Shown here: one piece after another, positions 1-7,496 of the stretch
How positions within the stretch are numbered: position 1 is the first letter of the stretch
How the letters are laid out: every line of letters begins with the position of its first letter
Source of the DNA: a virus
Lineage: Duplodnaviria; Caudoviricetes
Virus record (IMG/VR): IMGVR_UViG_3300021598_001506
Coordinates: 2,408-66,407 of that record
Strand: one strand, 5' to 3'
Length of the DNA stretch: 64,000 nucleotides
Position numbers and translations under genes: made by a program
The notes under the pieces: model-generated
Seen by the model: only the letters and a program-made list of their open reading frames with translations
Database searches by the model: none
Told to the model about the DNA's origin: nothing

Positions 1-35
1 AAATAACTAATGTGTTACAGGTCTACACTGACTAT

Positions 36-329
36 ATGAGCGATATGAACTCTTCTGACTCTCCGCAAGAAGAGCCAAAAAAGGACTCTGTTGATTTCAC
101 TCAACTAGAGATTGAGCTTGGCATGTCTTCTTTGGACGAAGATGCAGCTCAAATGCATGAACTTTTTAAGTCTTTAGTAAAGGCAGGATTTAGAGAGCGT
201 CAAGCTCTTCGCCTTGTTGCTCTGATTATCACCGAGCATGATGTTTTAGATGAAGCAATAGTTTTTCAGTCAGACATTGATTTTGATGACTCCGATGAGT
301 CAGAGATAGATTTCGACGAAGAAGAGTAA
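36..329 (+). CDS. hypothetical acidic protein
   Basis: ORF 12..329; start moved to ATG36, 6 nt after the -10 box TACACT (24-29). Confidence 0.7.
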   Translation: MSDMNSSDSPQEEPKKDSVDFTQLEIELGMSSLDEDAAQMHELFKSLVKAGFRERQALRLVALIITEHDVLDEAIVFQSDIDFDDSDESEIDFDEEE

Positions 330-331
330 TC

Positions 332-673
332 GTGGAAGAGCAAGATCAAGATAGGTTTGACTATCTCTTCGAACTCCTCCTCGAGATGGGTGCTGTAGAG
401 TTTTATGGCATATCACCTGATACAGGTGAAGCGGTCTACAAAATAACTGATGTTTGTGAAGAGTTGTTCCCCGAGCTTTGGAAGATGCAAGTACAGCATG
501 TAGGCGAGACCGCCAATGCACTATGGCAAAAAGGCTTAGTCGAAATAAACCTTACAGTTTCAGGTGAGACAGTTTATTTTAGAGAGCATAACTATAATAA
601 ATATCTAGAATTAAAAGATTCCCTGTCAGTAGAGGAAAAATCTTTTATTCAAGTTTTTCTTGACGATATGTAA
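332..673 (+). CDS. hypothetical protein
   Basis: 113-aa ORF starting 2 nt after the previous stop. Confidence 0.75.
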   Translation: MEEQDQDRFDYLFELLLEMGAVEFYGISPDTGEAVYKITDVCEELFPELWKMQVQHVGETANALWQKGLVEINLTVSGETVYFREHNYNKYLELKDSLSVEEKSFIQVFLDDM

Positions 674-705
674 TATTATGCTCCATACTCAAGTAGGAGG
701 TAAAA

Positions 706-945
706 ATGTCTTACGCAAGACTTTTTTCTGATGATGTTTATGTTTATGCACATTCATCAGGCGGAGTAGTTTGTCAAATGTGCAGCTTTGGCGACATGAT
801 TGAAACTTTTTACAAAGCTGAATCAACTCAAGAAATGGTTGACCACCTCAAAGCCCATCAAAAAAAGGGTGACTCTATGCCATCAGATATCTTTGACAAG
901 CTTTGGGCAGATGACGCCGAGAACTATCCAACTAAAAAGGCTTAA
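706..945 (+). CDS. hypothetical protein (CxxC...HxxxH, possible zinc finger)
   Basis: strong SD AGGAGG; CQMC and HLKAH motifs. Confidence 0.7.
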   Translation: MSYARLFSDDVYVYAHSSGGVVCQMCSFGDMIETFYKAESTQEMVDHLKAHQKKGDSMPSDIFDKLWADDAENYPTKKA

Positions 946-1342
946 CATCCTTTAACTTGTCAAAAGCTTCTTCAATATCTTTTGGCAAATTGGTTGGGAT
1001 GATTGTGTTGTTTGAATGATTGTCACCCGAGTGTGGAGCAAAGAAGTAAGTTTTTCCTTGGTCATTCGAGTAATACTTTGGGTTTCTTTTGTTTCTCCAT
1101 AACTCATCTGAAACTTGAACCCACTCATTTGGGTGCTCTGTCAAACTACGCAGATTTTCGTGTGCAAACATCTTTCTTAAAACTTCTGGCATGTAGTAGA
1201 TGGTGTTCTCGTTGTGAGGATACTCAACGAAAGCATCCATCATTTTTTCGTAGAATTCTCTAATATGAGGCTGTTCTGCTGCTAAGTCCATCTCAGACTT
1301 AACGTGACGAAGCCACTCTTCTTTGTCATATTTAAATGCCAT
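932..1342 (-). CDS. hypothetical phage protein
   Basis: 136-aa ORF overlapping the end of the upstream minus-strand gene. Confidence 0.7.
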   Translation of the reverse strand: MAFKYDKEEWLRHVKSEMDLAAEQPHIREFYEKMMDAFVEYPHNENTIYYMPEVLRKMFAHENLRSLTEHPNEWVQVSDELWRNKRNPKYYSNDQGKTYFFAPHSGDNHSNNTIIPTNLPKDIEEAFDKLKDVKPF

Positions 1343-2063
1343 TGTTATCCCTATTTCTCACGTTGTCGTTGTACCACTGTCTGCCTTCGACAATACTATT
1401 GACGAATACAGGCTCACCTAAGTCTACCGAAGCAAACCAGTCATACCACTTAGGCAAACAGTCTATGTATGGTCCATCTAGCAGAGCAAATGGCACTCCA
1501 TAAGCATGCGCAGTCATAGCAGCATGCATAGAGCCAGCTAGTACAAATCTTGCACCAGATATTTTATGCACTATGCGGATGGTGTCGTCAAGAGTTTCAA
1601 CTACTGCACTATAAATTTCATCTGCTCCATACTCATGAGCAGTAAATTCATTATATTCAGACGGGTCTTTTAGGTGGCGCATTACAAATGCCAAACCATT
1701 GGGTTGGGCTTTTGTCAGTAGTTCAGGAAGAACATAGGCAGGGTCTCTTGAAACTTCAACGTCTATCCCATGTCTTGCTAACTCAGCTTGAGTGTTTGGA
1801 CCACGCACAGTCCTAAACTCGCACAGTTCAACAAGACTTCTATCTAGTTCTTCACCTCTCCACCCACATGTAATAAAAACTGGTTTTAATCCAATTTTTA
1901 AACTTTCTTCTATTATTTCATTACATATAACGCTTCCCAAAGGAAAGTACATGTGGTCTTGGTTTTCTGCCCACATCTTATAAATAGAGGGTGGCGTTAT
2001 TAACTCAGCCAGCGCATTGCCATAGTTCCTGACAACGCCATCCATCTTCCACTCGTATATCAC
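1332..2063 (-). CDS. polysaccharide pyruvyl transferase-like protein (ExoV-like)
   Basis: N-terminal NYGNAL, central VRGP and DPA, C-terminal SMHAAMTAHAYGVP motifs. Confidence 0.7.
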   Translation of the reverse strand: MIYEWKMDGVVRNYGNALAELITPPSIYKMWAENQDHMYFPLGSVICNEIIEESLKIGLKPVFITCGWRGEELDRSLVELCEFRTVRGPNTQAELARHGIDVEVSRDPAYVLPELLTKAQPNGLAFVMRHLKDPSEYNEFTAHEYGADEIYSAVVETLDDTIRIVHKISGARFVLAGSMHAAMTAHAYGVPFALLDGPYIDCLPKWYDWFASVDLGEPVFVNSIVEGRQWYNDNVRNRDNNGI

Positions 2064-2121
2064 CCAACAACCCTACCCTCTCTCCCCCACCTTTATTTCT
2101 CGCAACGCCGATGCTTTTAAA

Positions 2122-2141
2122 GGAACGAGAGCCCGGAAAAT
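2122..2141 (+). repeat. dispersed 20-bp motif, copy 1 (GGAACGAGAGCCCGGAAAAT)
   Basis: 19/20 match to the consensus at 12837 and 12997; lies between divergent genes. Confidence 0.9.
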
Positions 2142-2165
2142 CAGATTCTCAACTATGATAAAGAC

Positions 2166-2915
2166 ATGGCAAAAGATAAAGACGAAGTAGTTGTTTATTG
2201 GGGACCTCCCTATCGAACAGGCTCCGATCACATGATTGATTGGAACATGTTCTACACAGACCCTGAAGAACTTCTACCTGATTTTAAAAAGGACAGAATC
2301 AAAGAAATTCGTCAGAACAGTATTGCCTACTGCCCTGCTTTTAATGACAACTACAAAAATACGTTCATTGTTAGAAATGTAGTTGACAGTAAGTTCACAT
2401 GGAACGACCAAGAGAAGAAGTGGGAGATTCCCACAAAGTATCAAGTCCACCCAGCTTTAGATGTTCGCATGCCTTATATGAATAATAGAATGGCAATCAT
2501 TACCTCTTTGGTTTGGCTCTTTGTATGTGAAGAGTCTTTGGAGATGGAAATTATTCCTCCTTACATGCATCAGACAGAGGCGTCAAAGTATGGAGTTATT
2601 ACTTCAGGCAAGTTTGATATCGGCAGTTGGTACAGACCAATTCTTGCTGAATACCTTCTTTGGGAGGGTGTAGACAGACTGCAACTTAAAGAGAATGAGC
2701 CTTTGTTCTACATCAGATTTAATACTGACAAAAAGGTAGTTTTAAAGAGGTTTGCTAACACAGAGGAAATATACAAGCACACAGTTTCTATTGTTCAAAC
2801 CAAGTACATTTTTGGAAAGCTTCCAGCTCTTGACAAGCTTTACAACTACTTTGCTAGAACACAAACAAAAGACATCATGTTGAAAAAGATTAAAGACGCG
2901 GTGATTGATAAGTAA
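2166..2915 (+). CDS. hypothetical phage protein
   Basis: 249-aa ORF; leaderless -10 TATGAT at 2154-2159. Confidence 0.8.
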   Translation: MAKDKDEVVVYWGPPYRTGSDHMIDWNMFYTDPEELLPDFKKDRIKEIRQNSIAYCPAFNDNYKNTFIVRNVVDSKFTWNDQEKKWEIPTKYQVHPALDVRMPYMNNRMAIITSLVWLFVCEESLEMEIIPPYMHQTEASKYGVITSGKFDIGSWYRPILAEYLLWEGVDRLQLKENEPLFYIRFNTDKKVVLKRFANTEEIYKHTVSIVQTKYIFGKLPALDKLYNYFARTQTKDIMLKKIKDAVIDK

Positions 2916-3364
2916 TGGAATCTTCTCTACTAGAGCTGGAAAGACTCTTTAAGCCCAACAAGGTTGGGTTCACTGCCTCATGCTTTGACCTACTTCATGC
3001 AGGACACATTTTGATGCTTGAAGAAGCAAAGACAGTCTGCGACCACTTGATAGTTGCCCTGCAGACTGACCCAAGTATTGATAGACCCGAAAAGCGAAAG
3101 CCAATCCAATCTTTGGTTGAGCGTCAGATTCAGTTAAAAGCAGTTAGTTATGTAGATGAGATTATTGTTTATCAAACAGAAGAAGACCTGCTCAACCTGC
3201 TAAAAACCCTGCCTATTGATGTTCGTATCATCGGGGAGGACTACGCAGGTAAAGACTTCACTGGACGTGACTGGTGCGCAACTCACGGTATAGAGATTTA
3301 CTACAATAGTAGGAAACACGAGTACTCCTCAACAGAGTTGATAGAGCGTATCCGAAAGGGTTGA
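2915..3364 (+). CDS. tagD: glycerol-3-phosphate cytidylyltransferase-like (TagD/RfaE family)
   Basis: FDLLHAGH (HxGH) motif, ER...L..V.YVDE, GEDY and C-terminal SST. Confidence 0.85.
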   Translation: MESSLLELERLFKPNKVGFTASCFDLLHAGHILMLEEAKTVCDHLIVALQTDPSIDRPEKRKPIQSLVERQIQLKAVSYVDEIIVYQTEEDLLNLLKTLPIDVRIIGEDYAGKDFTGRDWCATHGIEIYYNSRKHEYSSTELIERIRKG

Positions 3365-3365
3365 G

Positions 3366-3581
3366 ATGAATTACAGAAGTATTGAAGCTGGTTCAATAGC
3401 TCAAGGGTGGGGAAGTTTTACTGCTCCAGCTCTAGAGAATGCTGTAACTCTATCTATTACTACTAAGTGTCCAGAAAAGTGGCTTCTTGTTGATAGGGAA
3501 ACTGGACAGGTGTATCAAGGCTCTTCAGAGGTAAATCCATATCTTTCTTCACAATATCTATGGAAACCTATAGACTCTTAA
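3366..3581 (+). CDS. hypothetical protein
   Basis: 71-aa ORF tightly packed in the operon. Confidence 0.65.
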   Translation: MNYRSIEAGSIAQGWGSFTAPALENAVTLSITTKCPEKWLLVDRETGQVYQGSSEVNPYLSSQYLWKPIDS

Positions 3582-3605
3582 TGTAAACCGATATAGAAAG
3601 ACAAA

Positions 3606-4067
3606 ATGAAAAAGGTTGTAGTAGGCGTTGCTTTAATTGTTTTATCACTTGGACTTTTAGTTTTTACCCAGCAGTCAAAAACAGATTGCGCAGAGATTTA
3701 TGTTGACTACGGCCCGCTTAATGGCGGTGCAAAGCTCACCCAATGCATTGACATCGAGGGTGAAATTCCAGCTCTTGAAGTTTTAAAGCTTGCTAATCTT
3801 GAGATTCAAGGTACTCAGCAGTATGGCAATGCTGTTGTCTGTAGGGTTAATGAATTCCCCGATGCTTCAGTAGAAAGCTGTGAGGGGATGCCTCCAGAGA
3901 AGGCTTACTGGGCAATCTTGATAAAAGAATACGAACACTTCCCAAACCCGTTTGACTTAGTTGGCGAATGGGGATGGGCTCAGACAGGTATCGACCAAAT
4001 CACTATCCACAATGGTGATTCAATTGGTTTGGTATTTGCTAACAATGGAGAGGTTAAATTCCCGTGA
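3606..4067 (+). CDS. exported/membrane-anchored protein with DUF4430 (transcobalamin C-terminal-like) features; candidate B12-binding protein
   Basis: N-terminal hydrophobic segment; VVCRVNEFP...YWA...WAQTG...GDSIG pattern; four Cys; adjacent to pduO. Confidence 0.55.
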   Translation: MKKVVVGVALIVLSLGLLVFTQQSKTDCAEIYVDYGPLNGGAKLTQCIDIEGEIPALEVLKLANLEIQGTQQYGNAVVCRVNEFPDASVESCEGMPPEKAYWAILIKEYEHFPNPFDLVGEWGWAQTGIDQITIHNGDSIGLVFANNGEVKFP

Positions 4068-4222
4068 AAACTCTAACTCGTCCCACCGACATTATTTCTG
4101 CTGAGCAGACTCAGGTAAGTCCGTGGGTGCAGTTTGCAGTAACACTAGGGTTTAACGTAGTAGCACTCTACATTTCTCATCAAATCACGTTGCAGGTGTG
4201 GCGTGCTATGACAGGACACTGA
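4064..4222 (+). CDS. small single-TM protein (52 aa, not in ORF track)
   Basis: MKTLTRPTD...WVQFAVTLGFNVVALYI...GH*; GTGA overlap upstream and TGATG overlap with pduO. Confidence 0.65.
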   Translation: MKTLTRPTDIISAEQTQVSPWVQFAVTLGFNVVALYISHQITLQVWRAMTGH

Positions 4223-4791
4223 TGGTAAACCTCACTCGCATCTACACCAAGACTGGTGACGATGGCACTACCTCGCTTGGAGATATGAGTCGTACCTCCA
4301 AGAATGACCCACGTCTTGAAGCTTTTGCAACAGTAGACGAGGCTAACTCTTTTATTGGTGTTGCTATGTTGCATGTAGAGAGCCATGAGATAAAGACTCT
4401 CCTTCTTCGCATTCAAAACGAGTTATTTGATGTAGGTGCTGACTTGTGTACCCCTGTAATAGAAAATCCAACAACCGAAGCTCTTCGAGTTACTGAGAAG
4501 CAGATTTACTATATCGAGACTCAGATTGACTACTACAACTCATTCTTAGACCCTCTGCGTTCTTTTGTTCTTCCATCAGGAACTGCTAGTTCTACTCATC
4601 TTCATGTAGCTCGTACTGTGGTTCGTCGTGCAGAGAGAGCAACATGGCATGCAATACATCAGTTTGGTGACGGAGTAAATCTTTTAACTGCTCGTTATTT
4701 AAACAGGTTGTCAGACCTTCTTTTTGTTATGGCTAGGTATGAAAATCGCTCAGTTGGAGATTCTCTTTGGGAAGCAGGTAGGGATAGATAA
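4222..4791 (+). CDS. pduO: ATP:cob(I)alamin adenosyltransferase (PduO type)
   Basis: IYTKTGDDGTT, VDEANS, LRSFVLPSG, RTVVRRAER and YLNRLSDLLF motifs; start ATG4222. Confidence 0.93.
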   Translation: MVNLTRIYTKTGDDGTTSLGDMSRTSKNDPRLEAFATVDEANSFIGVAMLHVESHEIKTLLLRIQNELFDVGADLCTPVIENPTTEALRVTEKQIYYIETQIDYYNSFLDPLRSFVLPSGTASSTHLHVARTVVRRAERATWHAIHQFGDGVNLLTARYLNRLSDLLFVMARYENRSVGDSLWEAGRDR

Positions 4792-4901
4792 TGGCAGCTA
4801 AATCAGCTAGAGTTGTAAACGACAAAAGAAACAATGGAAAAGCTTTTAAGAAGCGTCCAAAAAAGTTTGATCAAACTAAGAGAAGATTAGTTACAGCATA
4901 G
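4791..4901 (+). CDS. 36-aa Lys/Arg-rich peptide (not in ORF track)
   Basis: TAATG overlap with pduO; MAAKSARVVNDKRNNGKAFKKRPKKFDQTKRRLVTA. Confidence 0.55.
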   Translation: MAAKSARVVNDKRNNGKAFKKRPKKFDQTKRRLVTA

Positions 4902-4908
4902 TTAAACT

Positions 4909-4980
4909 GCCCTGATAGCTCAGTGGTAGAGCAACCGCCTTGTAAGCGGTAGGTCGTCAGTTCAATCCTGACTCGGGGCT
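4909..4980 (+). tRNA. tRNA-Thr(UGU)
   Basis: acceptor GCCCTGA/TCGGGGC, D-arm GCTC/GAGC, anticodon arm ACCGC-CT-TGT-AA-GCGGT, GTTCAATC T-loop; CCA not encoded. Confidence 0.95.
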
Positions 4981-4991
4981 CGATTACCCAA

Positions 4992-5062
4992 TCCCTGTTC
5001 GTCTAACGGCAAGACGCCGCCCTTTGGAGGCGGTTATCGTGGTTCGAATCCATGACGGGGAG
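4992..5062 (+). tRNA. tRNA-Gln(UUG)
   Basis: acceptor TCCCTGT/ACGGGGA, anticodon arm CCGCC-CT-TTG-GA-GGCGG, GGTTCGAATCC; CCA not encoded. Confidence 0.95.
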
Positions 5063-5063
5063 C

Positions 5064-5789
5064 TTAGTTATATTCTTTTTTGTGCCAGAATCTGTCTTTA
5101 TATCTATTGTAAAAACTCATCTTTAGAATTCGCTCAGCTCGTGAAATTACTTTGTAATCTTCAGGAGTTGTTTCGACCATTTCAAAGCTTTCTCGTTTAA
5201 AAGGGATTACTTGAGCTACAGGGTAACCTGCAGGGATTATTCCTTCCCAGTTAGGGTCAATGATAAAAGGAATGTTGATTGGATTTGTATATGTATCTGT
5301 ATCAACAATTGCAGGTAAGCATTGAATAATTTGTTCTTCTCTGTCTCTATTCATTGGAGGCAAAAATAGACATGAATAGCCTGGTGGAGTGATGATTACC
5401 CAAGGCGAGTTAAATTTTGGAATTGCATAGTTTGGATGTTTTTCAACTTGAGGATGAGTACTCATCTGCACTGGAGGGTGAAAAGCTACAACATCATAAT
5501 CAGGCCACTGAAAGAATTGTTCTGGTCCTTTTTTTGTAACCTTTACATCAGTAGACAGTGGAATGATGTACCCAGCAGTCATGGCATCCAACATCGGAAT
5601 GCATTTTTTTCCTGTAGCAGTGCCCCCGTTGAGGGTCACTTCATTCCAAGATACCTCGCCAGCTCTCTCCCCTACGTACGAAGGCAGTTTTTTATACCAA
5701 GAGGGGATGTTCTTTTTAGCAGGATACGGCTTGACCTCCGAAGGGAGGCTGCCTACAGCGTCTAAAAATTTGATTGGGACTGACTTCAT
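5064..5789 (-). CDS. conserved-looking phage hypothetical protein (possibly DUF6065-like)
   Basis: KKCIPMLDAM, TPPGYSCLF, IVDTD and AQVIPFKRE motifs; start moved to ATG5789 (-10 TAGATT 7 nt upstream). Confidence 0.75.
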   Translation of the reverse strand: MKSVPIKFLDAVGSLPSEVKPYPAKKNIPSWYKKLPSYVGERAGEVSWNEVTLNGGTATGKKCIPMLDAMTAGYIIPLSTDVKVTKKGPEQFFQWPDYDVVAFHPPVQMSTHPQVEKHPNYAIPKFNSPWVIITPPGYSCLFLPPMNRDREEQIIQCLPAIVDTDTYTNPINIPFIIDPNWEGIIPAGYPVAQVIPFKRESFEMVETTPEDYKVISRAERILKMSFYNRYKDRFWHKKEYN

Positions 5790-5885
5790 AACAGCTAATC
5801 TACACTTTTTTTCATATAAAACAATAAGCAACGTACTTATAATAGCTTTGTATTTACAAGTTTCCTTACCCGACAAGCAAGGAAA

Positions 5886-5930
5886 AAGGCGGCTGGACCA
5901 ATAAAAAACGGTCCAGTCGCCTTCTTTTCT
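5886..5930 (+). terminator. intrinsic terminator hairpin
   Basis: 14-bp stem AAGGCGGCTGGACC/GGTCCAGTCGCCTT with one G-U pair, followed by CTTTTCT. Confidence 0.75.
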
Positions 5931-5970
5931 ATAAGCGATAATAGACCTTGGACAGTGTATTGGAGGGAAA

Positions 5971-6132
5971 ATGAGAAAACTAGGAATCCTAAGCGTGGTA
6001 GCGCTAGGTCTTCTTCAAGCAGAGTGCAAACCACCTATTTGCACAGTCGCTGGGGTTTGCCCAGAAGACTTAGTTGGTGAAGATGTAGTCAATGGAACTA
6101 CAACAGATGGAGGAACAGCAACAAATGAGTAA
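5971..6132 (+). CDS. small exported Cys-containing protein (53 aa, not in ORF track)
   Basis: SD GGAGG; MRKLGILSVVALGLLQAECKPPICTVAGVCPEDL...; overlaps the next start. Confidence 0.65.
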   Translation: MRKLGILSVVALGLLQAECKPPICTVAGVCPEDLVGEDVVNGTTTDGGTATNE

Positions 6133-6520
6133 AGCTAGATATTCTTCAGCAGACCTAGATGCTCGCTTGAAGTTCATTCTTGGAATCATCCTTGGATTGA
6201 TTCTATTGTTCACAGCAGTTGGCATTCTTTATGCGCTGATTTTTGTTACTCAGCCAGTCAATGCTCAGTCTGAGAATGACAAGATGTTCTTCAACGTTTT
6301 GGGAAGCATCGCAACATTTATTACAGGAACACTTGCAGGTATTTTGATTGGCAGCAAGGGCGGAGATTCTCCTGCACCTATTGACTTCGGAACACCAGAA
6401 GCTCCAGCTGCAGCAGCAGCTCCAGTAGAACCAACACCTACTGAAGATGCTCCAGCAGGTAAGCCAGAAGGCCAAATGCCAGAAGAGCAAGACATTGATG
6501 AGGAATGGGATAAAGACTAG
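6125..6520 (+). CDS. two-TM membrane protein, holin-like candidate
   Basis: two hydrophobic helices and an acidic/Pro tail; upstream of the endolysin; start moved to ATG6125. Confidence 0.6.
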   Translation: MSKARYSSADLDARLKFILGIILGLILLFTAVGILYALIFVTQPVNAQSENDKMFFNVLGSIATFITGTLAGILIGSKGGDSPAPIDFGTPEAPAAAAAPVEPTPTEDAPAGKPEGQMPEEQDIDEEWDKD

Positions 6521-6522
6521 GC

Positions 6523-6747
6523 ATGAAAGAGAAAATCATGTACATCCTCGCTGCGGGGGTGATGATTGCCATCGGTCTTGCAATCGTTGGTGACTATTTA
6601 GTTGCAGCAATTGAAACTCAATCTACAGGAGAACCTGTAGAAGTTTCTTCAGATGTTATGACTCTTGTTCAAACTGCTCTCGGCGGTGTCATTGGAATTA
6701 TTGGGGGCTACTTCGGAGCTAAAGGCTCTAAAAAGGATGATGAATAA
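6523..6747 (+). CDS. two-TM membrane protein, holin-like candidate
   Basis: two TM helices with charged C-terminus; TAATG overlap with the endolysin. Confidence 0.6.
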   Translation: MKEKIMYILAAGVMIAIGLAIVGDYLVAAIETQSTGEPVEVSSDVMTLVQTALGGVIGIIGGYFGAKGSKKDDE

Positions 6748-7316
6748 TGGCAGAGATGGGAACAGCAGCCAAGCTTATTGAGGTTGCAAAAGCTGAATTA
6801 GGAACTATTGAAGGTCCTAAGGATAACGAAACAAAGTACGGTGCTTACACAAAGGCTAACTTCCAACCTTGGTGCGGAAGTTTCGTCAACTGGTGCGGGA
6901 ACGAGGCCGGGGTAAAAATCCCTAACACTGTTTACACTCCAGGCGGCGCAGCAGCGTTTAAAAAAGCTGGTCGTTGGTATGACGCACAGATTTGTGACCC
7001 AGAGCCAGGAGATATCGCGTATTTTGATTTCCCGGCAGATGGCGTTGATCGTATTAGTCACGTTGGAATTGTTATTGCAGACAATAACGATGGAACTGTC
7101 TGGTGTATCGAAGGAAACACTAGCCCAGATAAAAAGGGAAGCCAGCGAAATGGCGGACAAGTTTCAAAGAAACTTCGTGCATACAAGAAGAACAAGGCTG
7201 GCGAGCAGATTTCAATCGTTGGATTTGGTCGTCCTAAGTTCAAAGGAGCGGGTGCAGCACCTGTTGCGCAACACGCAACACCTGCAGCAGCTAAATGCCC
7301 AACTTGCGGTAAGTAA
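6747..7316 (+). CDS. CHAP-domain endolysin
   Basis: PWCGSFVNW catalytic Cys, SHVGIV His and IEGNT motifs. Confidence 0.9.
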   Translation: MAEMGTAAKLIEVAKAELGTIEGPKDNETKYGAYTKANFQPWCGSFVNWCGNEAGVKIPNTVYTPGGAAAFKKAGRWYDAQICDPEPGDIAYFDFPADGVDRISHVGIVIADNNDGTVWCIEGNTSPDKKGSQRNGGQVSKKLRAYKKNKAGEQISIVGFGRPKFKGAGAAPVAQHATPAAAKCPTCGK

Positions 7317-7414
7317 TGTATTACCTAACCCACTTCACCTTCCAAGGAGCGTTTCTGTTGGTCTTAACCACAGTTACTATCCTTGGCTGGTGGTGGGCAG
7401 AACACGCTGAATAA
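7316..7414 (+). CDS. 32-aa single-TM peptide (not in ORF track)
   Basis: TAATG overlap; MYYLTHFTFQGAFLLVLTTVTILGWWWAEHAE. Confidence 0.5.
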   Translation: MYYLTHFTFQGAFLLVLTTVTILGWWWAEHAE

Positions 7415-7433
7415 GCCTATATAGCTTTACAGA

Positions 7434-7471
7434 AAGCACCTGTAGTAGAGTAATCTACGACAGGTGTTTTT
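7434..7471 (+). terminator. intrinsic terminator after the lysis cassette
   Basis: CACCTGT.GTAGA-GTAA-TCTAC.ACAGGTG followed by a T-tract. Confidence 0.75.
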
Positions 7472-7496
7472 CATTATATAGACAAAGGGACTTTAT

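Noticed and set aside
3480-3605. Cobalamin riboswitch upstream of the B12 module (AGGGAA present)
   Set aside because: Lies inside a plausible ORF; the other conserved elements, including a B12 box, are not recognisable
5890-5912. preQ1-I riboswitch suggested by ATAAAAAAC
   Set aside because: No matching P1 stem-loop upstream; the A-tract is the loop of a terminator hairpin
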